DNA from: Piromyces finnis finn
Lineage: Eukaryota > Fungi > Neocallimastigomycota
Assembly (NCBI GenBank): GCA_002104945.1
Contig: MCFH01000002.1
Coordinates: forward strand, 186,001 to 250,000
DNA length: 64,000 nucleotides
Direction: 5' to 3'
The position numbers and the translations under genes are program-made. Under the pieces are notes generated by a model. That model worked only from the letters and a program-made list of their open reading frames with translations, had not been told where the DNA came from and searched no databases. This document shows positions 1 through 13,729 of this stretch, one piece after another; positions within the stretch are counted from its first letter, which is position 1; every line of letters starts with the position of its first letter.

Positions 1-39
1 TATTACCATTTTTTTACAATATATATTTAATAACTGAAA

Positions 40-3000
40 ATGACTGATATAAACGCTAATCGTAACTATTAAATTAAACATTATTATTTTATTTGTAAAA
101 ATAAATAAATGGAAGCAATAAAGAAATATTATAATTATAAAACGAAATTTATGTTAAATAATAATAATATATATAATTAAATAGTTCTCGAATCCAAGTT
201 TAACCACATTTTAAAGAAGGAAGAAATTACTGAATTATATAAGCATTTTAATGGCCTTGACTCAGATGGCAATGGTAAATAATAATAATAATAATAATAA
301 ATTAAAAACTGAATATATTTTTTAAAAAAATTTTATTTAATAATAAAATAAATAAATTAATGAAATCAATTATAATATAAAGGATATATTACATATGAAC
401 AAGTTCAAAATGTTTTAAGTCAGGTAACTAATTATATCATATTTTTAGTATATGATAATAAAAGACAAATAAATTAAAAATATTTTTATATGTTAAATAA
501 AAACTATAGTTTGGTGAAAATGTTGATGTTGAATATATTCAAAAAGGTTTTGAAGATCTTAGTATTAGAACTGAAGGTGAAGCTAGATTTGAAGAAGTTT
601 TAGCTGTAAATTTTTTAATTTGATACCTAATATAAATATAATATGTTATTTAATAGAATACAATTAAATTATTTACAAATTTTAATAAATATATATATTG
701 ATTAAATCAATATAGTTAGCTAAGAGTCTTCGTGAAAGTCATATGGATAAGAAAAAGGTTGTTCTTCAAGGTTCAGGAACTGGAATTACTCATGTTATTA
801 ATAATGATGAAAAAGAACAATTTGTTGAACATATTAATATGCAATTAAAGAACGACCCACATATTGGTGATAGATTCCCAATTGATGAATATTCTATGGA
901 TATTTTTGAACAATGCAAAGGTTAATATTTATATAGATAATAAATAACTGTAATAGTAAGAATTATAAAATATTAAATCAAATATTATTATTTTTATTTT
1001 GATAAATAGATGGTTTAATTTTATCAAAGTTAATTAATGATTCAGTACCAGATACTATTGATGATCGTGTTCTTAACTATCCAAAGAATGGAAAACCATT
1101 AAACCAATTCCATATTACTGAAAATAATAATGTTGTTATTAACTCATGTAAGGCTATTGGATGTAATGTTGTTAATATTGGTTCTGTTGATTTAGCCGAA
1201 GGTCGTCCACACTTAATTTTAGGTTTATTATGGCAAATTATTAAGATTGGTCTTTCTGCCAAAATTGACATTGCTGTTCATCCAGAATTGTTCAGACTTT
1301 TGAAAGATGGTGAAAGTCTTGATGAAATGCTAAAATTACCAACTGAACAAATCTTAATTAGATGGATGAACTATCATTTAAAGGAATCTGCATATGGTAA
1401 ATCTGTTAATAATCTTTCTTCTGATGTAAAGGTAATAGATATATATAAAAATATGCTTTTGATTGTATTACATTATTAAAGTTTTTTCGAAAAAAAAATA
1501 ATAAAAATAATAATAGGATGGTTTAGCCTACACATATTTATTAAATCAATTAGATCAAGATCAATGCTCACTTGCTCCACTTAACGAACAAGATCCACAT
1601 AAAAGAGCTGAAATGGTAAGTATTTATTTTGTAAATTACTTTTTACAAAAGAAATATTATATGAAATATGCTAATATTTTCTTTAATAACATTAACTAAT
1701 AAAAAAGGTATTAGATAACGCCGAAAAATTAGGATGTAGAAAATATTTAACTCCAAACGCTCTTATTAATGGTAATTCTAAATTAAACTTTGCTTTTGTT
1801 GCTAATCTTTTTAACACTCACCCATGCCTTGCTCCATTAAGTGAAGAAGAAAGAGCTCAACTTGATGAATGGTTATTCAGTAGTTCTGGTGATCGTGAAT
1901 CTAGATGTAATTAATATAGATATTAATATTTATTAAAAGTGGTATAAAAGAAATAAATACCTCAATATTTTTATTAAATTTTTTTTATTTATATTAGCAT
2001 TCGCTTTATGGATGAACAGTTTAGGTTGTGATCCATTTGTAAATAATTTATTCGATGATCTTCAAGATGGTCTTGTCTTATTACAAACTCTTGATAAAGT
2101 CCATCCAGGCTTAGTCGATTGGAAAAAGGTTAACAAACAAACCCCAATTACTAGTAAATTTAAAAAGGTTGAAAATACAAATTATGCTCTTGCCTTAGCT
2201 AAGAGTTTAAATTTCTCTTTAGTTGGTATCCAAGGTTCTGATATTACTGATGGTATTAAGAACCTCACTTTAGGTCTTGTTTGGCAAATGATGAGAGACC
2301 ATATTATTCAAACATTAAAGAGTCTTAAAAATAATGATAAGGATATTACTGATTCCGATATTATCAATTGGGCAAATGAAACTGTCAAGCGTGGAAACAG
2401 AACCTCTTCTATGTCAAGCTTTAAGGATCCAAATTTAAAGTATTTAATTATATACTTATATTTTAATTATATTTATGATATGGTTATTAATTATAAATAT
2501 ATAACTTTTTAATAGGACTGGTATCTTCTTAATCGATTTACTTAATGGTATTAGACCAAAGACTGTTAATTATGATATTGTTACTGCTGGAAATACTGGT
2601 AGGAAAATTTTTTTATTTTGAATAAGTGATCAATTGAATACTTTATTGATTATACCTTTTTTTTTTTTTTAATGATAAACAGAGGAAGAACAACAATCAA
2701 ACGCTAAATATGCTATATCTGTAAGTTTTCTTATATTAATTTTTTTTTATGAATAAAAATTCAAGTAAATTTCTATCTAAATGCTAATTTTAAATTACAA
2801 TTAACTAATTTATTAATTAATAGATTGCAAGAAAGCTTGGTGCTTCTATTTTCCTTCTCCCTGAAGATATTACCGAAGTTAAACCAAAGATGGTGAGTAA
2901 AAAAATTAAAATTGTAATATGAATAAAACTTTATATTAATAAATATATGCGTTATTATTATTAAAATAAAAATAATAAAAATAGATTATGACATTCTGTG

Positions 3001-3130
3001 GTACATTAATGTAAGTTATAATAAACATATTTTGTATAAATAATATATAACTATAATTAATATCTTTCAATAACTATATATAATTAATAGGGCTATTGAC
3101 CACAAACCAAAGCCTTCTGAATCAAACTAA
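40..3130 (+). CDS. SAC6: Fimbrin/plastin actin-bundling protein (EF-hand region plus four CH domains), multi-exon
   Basis: Spliced GT-AG exons give EEKEQFVEHIN, PDTIDDRVLN, CNVVNIGSVDLAEGRPHLILGLLWQIIKIGL, CRKYLTPNALINGNSKLNFAFVANLFN, LTLGLVWQMMR and [33 protein letters not shown], with stop TAA at 3128-3130. The start (ATG 40, first exon 40-61) is tentative. Confidence 0.95.
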
Positions 3131-3511
3131 ATGAAAGAAAAAAAAATATAAGATAAAATAAATAAATAATAAATATATATATAAATAGATTTTATTATGT
3201 ATTATATAAAAATATAAAAACAAATAAATGTAATAAAAATAAGTAGTATATAACTTATAACAATTTTTAAAGGTGTACCTTAAATTAATCTTTTCTTATG
3301 AACTTTAAATAATAAAGTTTTAATTAATTAAAATATTTTTTATTTAAATTTAAATGATAATATATTAAATAATTAGAATAAAAGTATTAAAAAAATTATA
3401 AATTATCAATAAAAAGTATCAAAAATATTTAAGAAAGCAAAATTAAAAAAAAAAAAAGTCTTTTAATAAATTTAAGTATTTACAAATAACAGTGCATATA
3501 TATAATTCATT

Positions 3512-5324
3512 ATGTCCAAAAAGGCAGCGAATAAGCTTGAAACTACTGGTAATGAAGAAACAATGAATTTAAATTCAATTGTTTATCAGAATATCAAAAG
3601 TTCATTATATTTTAAATCTCTATAGTAAGTTTGCCTTTATATATATATATTATCCTTTCTCTTAATATTTATGTAAATTAATACGAATAAAAGCACTTAT
3701 TATTATTATTATACATATATATTTATAAAATAATTATTATAACCAATAAAAATGAAAATAATAAAAATTAAAATTTAAGTGAATTGAAGACCTATCATGA
3801 AGTTGTTTCAGAAATTAAAAATCAAGGTACCTATTATTGGAAAAGTTGATCTAAAATTGTAACAACCCATAATTTTTATTTATATTTAAAATTATATATA
3901 TATATATATATCTTTATGACAAGAATGTATAATTTGAGGTTATTCAACATACATTTTTAAACTGATTATTAATATATATATATTATGTGTTATAATAATT
4001 CCTTCAGTATTCAGTATTGACTGTATAAGTACACACATATATTTAAATTATATTTTATTTTATTAATCAATTATTATTTATTCTTTATTTATATATATAT
4101 TATATATGTATTCATCTGTCAATATATAAATATTTATATAATTAACAGTAAAATCCCTAGGTAATATTAAATTTTTAATAATTTAAAACATTTTATGTAA
4201 TAAATCATTATTTTTAAAAATTAATTAATGCTAAAATAATAATATATTAAAAAAATATTTAAATAGAGCCTTTCATGAAAGATACAATAGCATCAACGGC
4301 ATATTGTTTATTATTTAAGTTATGGACATTAAAATTAACTATTAAACAAGTCAATGGATTGATCAATTTTCAAAATTGTTCGTAAGTAATATAATTTATT
4401 TTTAAAATCTTTAATAATAATAAAAAAGAAGATTTAATAACATAATTCATTTTATATAATATAATTAATATAAAATAAAAGTCATGTTCGTGCTTTGGGT
4501 TTTTTGTACCTAAGATATGTTTGTAAACCAGATCATTTATGGAGTTGGTTTGAAGATTATTTAGATGATGAAGAAGAAGTGCAAGTGGAAGGAGGTGTAT
4601 CCCCAAGAATAATGTAAATATATATTGTTTTATTAATAAATAAGTTTTAAATATATTTTATTGATAAAAGTTAATTTTTTGATGTATTTATATAGGACTA
4701 TTGGTAGAATGTGCAGACAACTTCTCACTGAACAAAAATGGCTAGATACCATATTACCAAGAATTCCTCTTAAAATATGTAAATACTATCAAAATGTTTG
4801 ATTATTAATAAGAATATGGAAAGGAAAAATATTTTTTATATAAATATTAATATAACCATTATATTATTTTAATTATTATTAGCTCAAGAAATAGATGAGA
4901 AAATTAGAGTAAAGCATGAAGAAGAAAGAAAAAAAGAAAGAGAAAAGTATGAGGAAGAAAGAAAAAGAAGGTTAATATTTTATTATATCAATTAAATAAA
5001 TAATATTATAATGAAACAAATATTATATATTTAAGATAAAGGTATTAATAATTATTAATAATAATATTATTAAAAAATAGACATCGTCATAGAAGTAGAA
5101 GCAGAAACAGAAGTAGAAGTAGGGATAGAAGTAGAAGTAGAAGTAGACATAGTAGACATCATCGCAGGGACAGAAGTAGAAGCAGAAGCAGACATAGTAG
5201 ACATTATCGTGATAAAAGTAGAGACAAAAGAAGAAGAGATAGATCCAGAAGCAGAAGCCCAAGGGAAACTCATTCAAGAAGCAGACACCATCGTAGTAGA
5301 AGTACTAGCTCAAGTAGAGATTAG
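3512..5324 (+). CDS. PRPF38B: Pre-mRNA splicing factor PRP38B-like with C-terminal RS-rich tail
   Basis: Exons encode GNEETMNLNSIVYQNIKSSLYFKSLYELKTYHEVV, STAYCLLFKLWTLKLTIKQV, SYVRALGFLYLRY, WFEDYLDDEE and LDTILPRIP, then an RHRHRSRSRNRS... tail ending at TAG 5322-5324. These match the PRP38 domain of the PRPF38B type. Confidence 0.9.
4149..4160 (+). other. 12-nt microexon of the PRP38B-like gene
   Basis: Sequence cag|TAAAATCCCTAG|gtaat. In phase 1 it yields NQ-VKSL-EPF, restoring the conserved VxxLEP segment that is missing if the flanking exons are joined directly. Confidence 0.8.
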
Positions 5325-5752
5325 ATTCATTTAATATACTTATTTATTACATTTAAAATCAGCAATACCTTAATTTAATAATTAATCAAAGAAAAAAACT
5401 TTTATAATTATTATAAATATTTTTTAAAATCAATATCATTTAAACCAAAACTTCTAAGTCATTTATTATTAACAATTTTTGTTTTAATTTCTTTTAATAT
5501 AAAAACAATAATTATTTTAATTTATCATTTTGTATTATATCTATTCATATATTCGTATATATGAATCTAATAAATAATATAACAAAAAAGAAAATATAAT
5601 GATATATATGAAAAAAAATTTTTTTTTATCTGATTTAAGTTTTAAACATTATTATTATTTTTATTTTTATTATTTTTATCATATTTATATATTATTTATA
5701 TATCTCATTTCGTTAATATATATGAAATATTTTATGCTTGATGTTTGTTTAT

Positions 5753-7357
5753 TTATAGTTCATCTTTTTTATTGCTTCCTGATTTTTCATCTATTTCCAA
5801 ACAAACTGCTGGGGTATAAAAGATCATTTCATATTCACATTTACTTGGTTCAGAAACATTTGATAATTCATTCTTATCTGAACATTTTAATATTACCTAT
5901 TTGAATAAAAAAACAACAATAACATTACTATTATTATGATGATGATGCTAATAATCTTAGGAAAAAAGATATAATAATTATAATATCTATATATTAATAT
6001 TGCATTAATACCTTTGCTGATCTTTGTGGTCCATTCCAACATTTTTCACCATTACTAAACTTCATAACGGTTGGACTATCAAATCCATTCCATGTACTTT
6101 AAATTTTATAAATATTTAAAAGAGAAACGTTATTGTAACATTTTTATTTTTTATAATAAATTTTATATTTTTGTTAATATTACTATAATTTATGAATGAA
6201 TGAATATATTATATTTTTAATTACCCAAGATTTGTTGAAGAATTTCCATCTTTTGGTTTTTGTTTTGCATCTTTAAATAAACATAAAGTATATATGTAAC
6301 TATAAAATGAATAGAACTAATTAGTCTTATAGTAATTTTCTTTTTCATTTAATAATTAATTATTTAGTTTACCCGGAAGCCTCAACATCGTAACATTTAT
6401 TGTATAAAGTTTTAAAAACATTTTGAGGACCAAAATCAATATCTGTCTTTTCTTTTATTTTATTTAATTCCTTTTCCTTCTTATCGTAACTACTTTGAGC
6501 AGACTTAATGAGCGATTTAACTTCAAGATAGTTGTTTTTTAATTCTTCAAAATTTATGTCAAATTCAAAATCTCTAGAATCATCACCGTTTTCACTCCTT
6601 CTAAAATCTTTCGAAATTTTATTTAATTTTTTAACTTTATTTACAATATTTTTAATAGTTAAATTCAAAGGATTTTTTAATCTTCTCCATCCTTTCCAAC
6701 CTAGGAGATTTTTAGTATCATTATTTAAGTTTTCTTTCATTCCAATAAATAATGATTTAATACCTGATCCTACACATATTAGTATATTTTTAGATGAATC
6801 CTCACATGGTGATAGTTCAAATTCCTTTTTAAATTTATTCATATCAACATCTAAATTTAACGGAAATTTATCTTTTTCATTATTAATAGTACCATCCTCT
6901 TCATCATTATTATCTTCAACATTTTCTATTATTTCATCATCAACCTCATTTTCTTCGTTTTGCAAATTTTGAATTTCATCTTGAATATTTCTTATTGAAC
7001 TTATTACTTCATTTAGTTTACTTTCATTATTATCACTAGTTAATATATTTTGAATATCGTCAAGTAAATTTGAAATATTCTGAAATCCATCTTCGTATTT
7101 TTCAACTTTTTTTGAATTAATATTTAATTCAGAATTTATATCATTATATTCAGAATTACATTCTTTTAAAACATTTGGACATTTTTCAATAATTATTTTA
7201 TTAACCTCTTTTTCTTTTATTTCTTGAACCCGTTTATCTACATTTTCAGCAATAGTTTGAATTTCTTTAAAGAAAATATATATCATTAATATCATTAACA
7301 TATATATAATAATTCAATATAATATAATATAATATTATATAATAATAATAATAATAA

Positions 7358-7400
<43 letters not shown>

Positions 7401-8475
7401 AAAATAAATTTAATTCACAATTAAATATACATTAAATTATTCAATTACCTTTAAGTCTCTCTATTTTTACATTTAAATTGTTAATTTCCAATTCCAATTT
7501 TTCCTTTTTTTCATTTTCTTTTTTAATCATATTGGCAGCATCTTCTAAATATTTTGCTTTCTTAGCTAAACCCTATACAAAAAATTATAAATGTATATTT
7601 AGATATTATAGTTTATTAGAAATTATAATTTATATTCTCTATTTAATACTTAAAAATTTATAGATTAAAAAAGACGAACCTCTTTTAGTACTTTCTTCCT
7701 TTCAATTTCTTCTTTATTTTGTTCATATGAAACTTTTTCACATATATTTGGACATTGAATGTCAGATGAATATTCGTCTGAACCGTCACAGCATTCAGGA
7801 TCTTATTATTTAAATAATAATATTATTAACAATAATAACAGTACTAGTAAATATATGTATAATGAAATAATAAAATAGATATGTAGAACTTACCACATGT
7901 ACCATCATTTACTCTTGAGCTCGGAATATAAGCAGGAACATGTCCCTTATTTTTGCAATAAAACATTGAATTTAAACAAGCTGAAGTACCTATTAATATG
8001 AAAGTAAAATAAGATATTATTAAAAAATTAATGTATAATAGCAGATTATTAATTTTATCATATTTTATAATACCTGGTTCATCACTTCCATCTGGACAAT
8101 CACAATAATCGTCGTTAATAGAGTCATACGAAATTGTTTTTGAACCATCTAGACATTTAAATACATTTTGTTCGTTTGGTTGATAAAATTGAAGTTCTGT
8201 TATTATAATAAAAACAATTATTATTTTAATTTATTGTTATAAGAAATCTTTAGATCTTATATAAATAAATATATTTGATGAAAGAGCCTAAATTTAACTG
8301 AAATTTTATTCCTACTTTCGTCTGGAATTCCGTAGAATTTATCTATTTTAATTTCTTTATTTCTTACATTATTTTTATCTTCTACACTTCCTTCTATACT
8401 GAACTTAAAAAAGAAGGTGATTATTAACGTTATATTTATCAGATATTTATTTAAAATATAATTTCTTTTCTTCAT
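5753..8475 (-). CDS. GTB1: Glucosidase II beta subunit (PRKCSH family): signal peptide, Cys-rich LDLa-like modules, coiled coil, MRH domain, C-terminal KDEL
   Basis: Minus-strand exons give [91 protein letters not shown] and [19 protein letters not shown]...KKDEL*. Confidence 0.95.
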
Positions 8476-8682
8476 TTTAATATTAAATTTTTAATTTGAA
8501 GAACTTTTTATATTGATATTATTTAAATTTATTTAAATTATTGTCAATAAAAGAAAATTATAAAAATAAAATGTTTCTTATATTATAAATATAGTAGTAA
8601 CTCCAAATAATTTTTATATCTTATTATTTATTATTTTTTTATTATTTTTTTATTATTTTTTTATTATTTTTTTATTTATTTG

Positions 8683-8733
<51 letters not shown>

Positions 8734-9125
8734 TTATTTTATTTTATTTTATTATTATATTTTATTTTTTTTTTTAAAAAAAGAAAAGCTTTAATGTATA
8801 ATACAACTATTAAACTAAAAAAAAATTAATTTAATTATATTAAATTTTTTATAATAAAATTTTCAAAAAATCAATTGAAATATTTATTGTTATTTTTTCA
8901 AAAATTTAGGAGTAAAAGAATTGAAACGTCAAAAATATATAAATATTTATAATATTATTATAAATCTATGTGGAATGCATAAATTTTAAAAAAGTCAAAA
9001 TTCTATAAATCACATGATTTTTAGTATTAATTAATTATTTTTAAAAGTTGATTTTACTCTTTTATAAATAAGTGTTAATAAATCATTAATAAATCTATAG
9101 ATACATATCCACATATATAGAAAAG

Positions 9126-9366
9126 ATGAAATTAAATTATGATGTTATTGAAAGTGCTGAATCTTATATTAATCCAATAAATGATCGTGAATTGGATCTC
9201 ACAGGTATTTTTAAATTAGAAAAAAAATATTTCTAGAATAAAATAATAATTAAATATATATTTTGATGATTTTTTTTTTTTTTTGATTATATTTCATTAT
9301 TTATTATTTTTTATTTTATATTTATATTTATCTTTTTTTTTTTTTTTTTCTTTTTTAATATTTATT

Positions 9367-9400
<34 letters not shown>

Positions 9401-10543
9401 TAATAACAATAATAATAATAATAATAATTATAGTAATAAATATGTAAATGAAATTCAAGTATTATAGTTTTTAAATTAATAATATAATTATATAAAATGA
9501 ATCAATTATTAATTAAATTTTTAAAAAACATTTAATTACTGTTAAATCAGGTTTAAAAATATCAAGAATAGAAAATATTGCTGTTACTAAAGTATGAATA
9601 TTATTAAAATCTTTAAACTGGGGAATCTATCTATTTATCTTTCTATTTTTTTTAAATTTAAGTAGTAATAATCAAAATATTAATTAATATCAAAATTATA
9701 TATTTTATAAAGGATCTCAATGATGTTATTAATTTTTCAGATAATGAAATAAGTAAATTAGAAAACTTTCCAATTATGAAAAGACTAAAAGGAATTATTG
9801 CAATTAATAACAGAATTTCAAGAATTGATTTAGAATTACCAAAATCTCTTCCAAATTTAGAAAGTTTAATATTAACAAATAATCAAATACAAGAATTAGG
9901 TGATTTGGATGTATTGGGAGAAATGAAAAAATTAAAATATTTAAGTTTAATGGATAATCCAGTTGTTACAAAGAAATATTATCGATTATTTGTTATAAAT
10001 AGATGCCCAAGTCTTAGATTGCTTGATTTTAAGAAAGTAAAAGCTATAGTAAGTAATTAATAAAATGTATATAATTTATATCAATAGTAATAGTAGTAAT
10101 TGATCTAGTGTATTACTTAAAAATAACTATTAGAGAGTTTTCAAATTTTGTTTAAATTTTTTTATTTTATATGATTGTAAAAATAGATAGTTTTTTAATT
10201 AACAATATATATGTTAAATATTTTTATATATTCGCATTATTTATATAATAAAAATATAAAATATAAACTAATATAGGAAAGAGAAGAAGCTAAGAAATTA
10301 TTCAATAGTGAACAAGGTAAAGAATTACAAAAGACATTAGTAAAGACATTTGAACCTGGTGAAATGCCAAAGAAGGAAGCAAGACCATATCAAGGACCAT
10401 CACCAGAAGAAGCAGAAAAGATAAAAGAAATGATAAGAAATGCTACCACATTAGAAGAAATAACTTTACTTGAAAAAAGACTAAAAAGTGGTATTGCAAC
10501 TGTTGATCCAAATAATAATAATAATGATGATATGGAAGATTAA
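9126..10543 (+). CDS. LEA1: U2 snRNP A' (leucine-rich repeat) protein
   Basis: MKLNYDVIESAESYINPINDRELDLTGLKISRIEN, NFSDNEISKLENFP, LILTNNQIQELGDLDVL, YRLFVINRCPSLRLLDFKKV and IRNATTLEEITLLEKRLKSG across four exons; stop TAA at 10541-10543. Confidence 0.95.
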
Positions 10544-11007
10544 AGAATGAATAAATAATTAAAAATGTTATTAAACATATGTGGGTATTTTGTAAAATTT
10601 ATTATTAATATTATTGATTTTAATCATAATGTAATGTAATAATAACATTGCATTTATTTAAGTAATTTCTTATAATTATAAAACAGTTATTATGAAAAAG
10701 ATTATTTTAAATCATATATATAATAAAGATATCAACTTTTTAATTAAACCTAACAAATCAATATTCAATAGTTATCATTATAACGTTATAACTAATATTT
10801 ATTCATTGATAATTTTAAAACCACATTTTTTACTTTATTGAAAATAGTATTTTATGACAAAATAATAAAAAAAAAAATAATTAATATAATAAATAAACAT
10901 ACATTAAAGAAATATTATTACAGTTATATGTTATATATATAATTTATTTTAATTATTGTTGTTATTGCTGTTGTATTTAATGTTTCTTTTATTATATTAT
11001 TTAATAT

Positions 11008-11055
<48 letters not shown>

Positions 11056-13729
11056 TTTTAGTTTGTGTTACCATATTTAATTTATTTCCTTAAAAAAAAA
11101 TTTTTATACTAATGTATTATACTTCAAATGCTAAAATTGTGAATGAATAAAATAAAATTCAATATACTTTAAATTATTGCTTGTAATAATTCTAATACAT
11201 TAAAAGAGGTTTAATAAACCATTTTATTATCAATTAATGTTAATTATTATCTTCATTAATTTACTGATTCAATTATATATAATTATAAATCTAATTATTG
11301 ATAAATTCATTTACATAGCCTATTAAACTTTAAATTATATTTTGTTTAAAAATAATAAAGTTAGAATTATGAATAATTATTATATAATATAAAGTTATAT
11401 TTCAAAGTACTCACATAAAATCACATTATATAATATGAAATATAAAATGAATTTCCTTAATTAAATGTTATTTTATATTGTATTATACAAATCATCATAA
11501 ATTATGAATTTAATTATAATAATTACATTAAATAATAATAATAATAATAAAAAGAAATAAAAAAAATATAAATATGAAACTATTTTATATTTTTTTATAA
11601 GTTCTTGAAGAAATAATTTTTTTGAATACTATATGGATCATTATGAATAATCTATTTCAATAATATATATTAACAGGAACAATAATGAAAATATAATATT
11701 ACTTCGTTAATATTTAAAGGTTAGTTTCATAATAAAATAATTCTTTCATATTTCTAATGTTGTAAAGATTTATATATTACAAAAATGTATATTAACAAAC
11801 CCATATTTTTATAGACAATAAATTAATGTTATTTATTGTATGTAAAATAAAAAGCAATACCAAATATAGTATTAAAAAGTAATTAAAAATTTACATACTT
11901 CGTAGATAACAATTTTAACAAAAAGAAAGAATAATATTTAAAATATTTTTTTTCCTTCAGTAAAAAAACGAAATATACTAAAATTTTTAATAATAAATAT
12001 ACAATACATAACATATTTCATTTATGTAATAAAATCATATTACTAAAAGTAGTAAGTTTTTCAATGTATATAATTTAATATCATAAATTAATTTTCTTTT
12101 TAAAATTTGTTATTTTCGTCTATTTTTTTTCCTTTTTTTATTTAAAATTCACAAAAATATAAAATAAGAAGAAGGGAAGATAATAAAAAATTAAAAAAAA
12201 AAAAAATTTATAAAATAGTATTTACTTGATTTTCTTTAAAAATAAAAGTAATTTTAATCTTTATAATCTTTAAAAGTAAGTTATTATTTATTTATAAATT
12301 ATCTATAAATATATTATGCTATTTATTATATACGAATATTTTCATTCTAGATATAAATGAGAATGGTAAATATTTGTTATTAGATATTTAAATATAATTA
12401 TGGGAATAAACAAAAAAGAGCTAATTGAAAGAATTAGATAAACTCATTGAAATTATAATCAACAATAAAATATATTTTTAATTTCAATTCTAGTAATATA
12501 TAATTAATCTGAAATATTAAATAAATGAAACGATGTCTTAAATATGATAGTATATAAATCAACTATATATTTATATAAATGTTGAGTTATTTACAAATAA
12601 ATAATATAACAATGAAGAATTAAATTTTACTTTTTTTATGTTATAAAATTTAAATAATAAATTTATTAGTTAAATAATATTAACAACAACAAAATAAGAG
12701 TTGGATAATTAGATAAATATTACCAAAATATTATTACTTAAAAGCAATCTAATAATAATAATTTTAAAATGATGGTTCAACCATCTCATTCTTTATATCA
12801 AAAGTAACTAAAAAAAATGATTGTAAATGTTATAATATAAAATTTTATTGCTGATGAATAAAGGATAATAGAAAGAAATTTTAATATATATTCCAATATA
12901 TTACAATATATTATCTAGAATATTCAATATAAATTATTAAATTTTATTTAATTACAAAAATTATATTTCTATTTAATTAATATTTAAATATAAATATTTA
13001 ATCAATGTTTTTTAAATTGTATAAAAACGAAAATTTTATAATAGATTTTGTAATAGAATAAAAAAGTAGATATTATGGTATATTCTTAATATTTTGAAAT
13101 CTTGAAAAAATGATTAGAAATTTTAAATTAAAAAATTAAAATTTTATTAATGCTTAAATATTTATTTATAAACTATTAAATATATTGTTTATTGTTTTCA
13201 AATTTTATATATTAGAAATATCTATTAATTATATAACTTTTTTTCAATTATTTTTTTATTATAAATGAATATAGAAAAATAACTTCTAATTCAACAAATA
13301 TGTTGCTATTTATTTATAAAGAACATTAAGAATATACATACTAATAAAATAAGATTATGAATTAAAAACAAGAAACTATTTTATATTTTATATTATAATA
13401 AAAGAATTTCTATTTTTATTTATTTATTTTTAATATATTTCTGGAATGGTAAATATAAACTCAAGAAATTAATAGTTATATTTATTACATTTAAATATTT
13501 TATTTAATGAAACCTATAGGGTTAATTTTAAAAAAAATAAGAATAGCAATAATAATTTATATAATATAATAATATAGAAAACATAGAACATAGAACATAT
13601 ATTATTTACATATGGAATGAATAATTAATTTTCTAATATATTTTTTAAAAATTATAGTATAATACTGATTTATTTTAGGAAAACTATCATCATCAAATAT
13701 TGTTATTACTATTATTTTTTTTTATAAAT

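Noticed and set aside
5023-5277. Minus-strand Phe/Tyr/Cys-rich and Ser/Thr-rich ORFs
   Set aside because: They are antisense shadows of the RS-repeat tail of PRP38B.
11008-11054. Long homopolymer T/A runs (also near 41930, 50728, 54100, 55657, 57570)
   Set aside because: These are ubiquitous in this genome type and their lengths are unreliable in assemblies. No associated target-site duplication or retroelement body was seen.
12340-13460. Splice-like signals upstream of the Mei2-like gene (ag|ATAAATGAGAATG|gt near 12351; ATGATGGTTCAACC near 12770; GAATG|gtaaat near 13445)
   Set aside because: They could be 5' UTR exons or uORFs, but such short signals are common in this composition and cannot be chained convincingly without transcripts.
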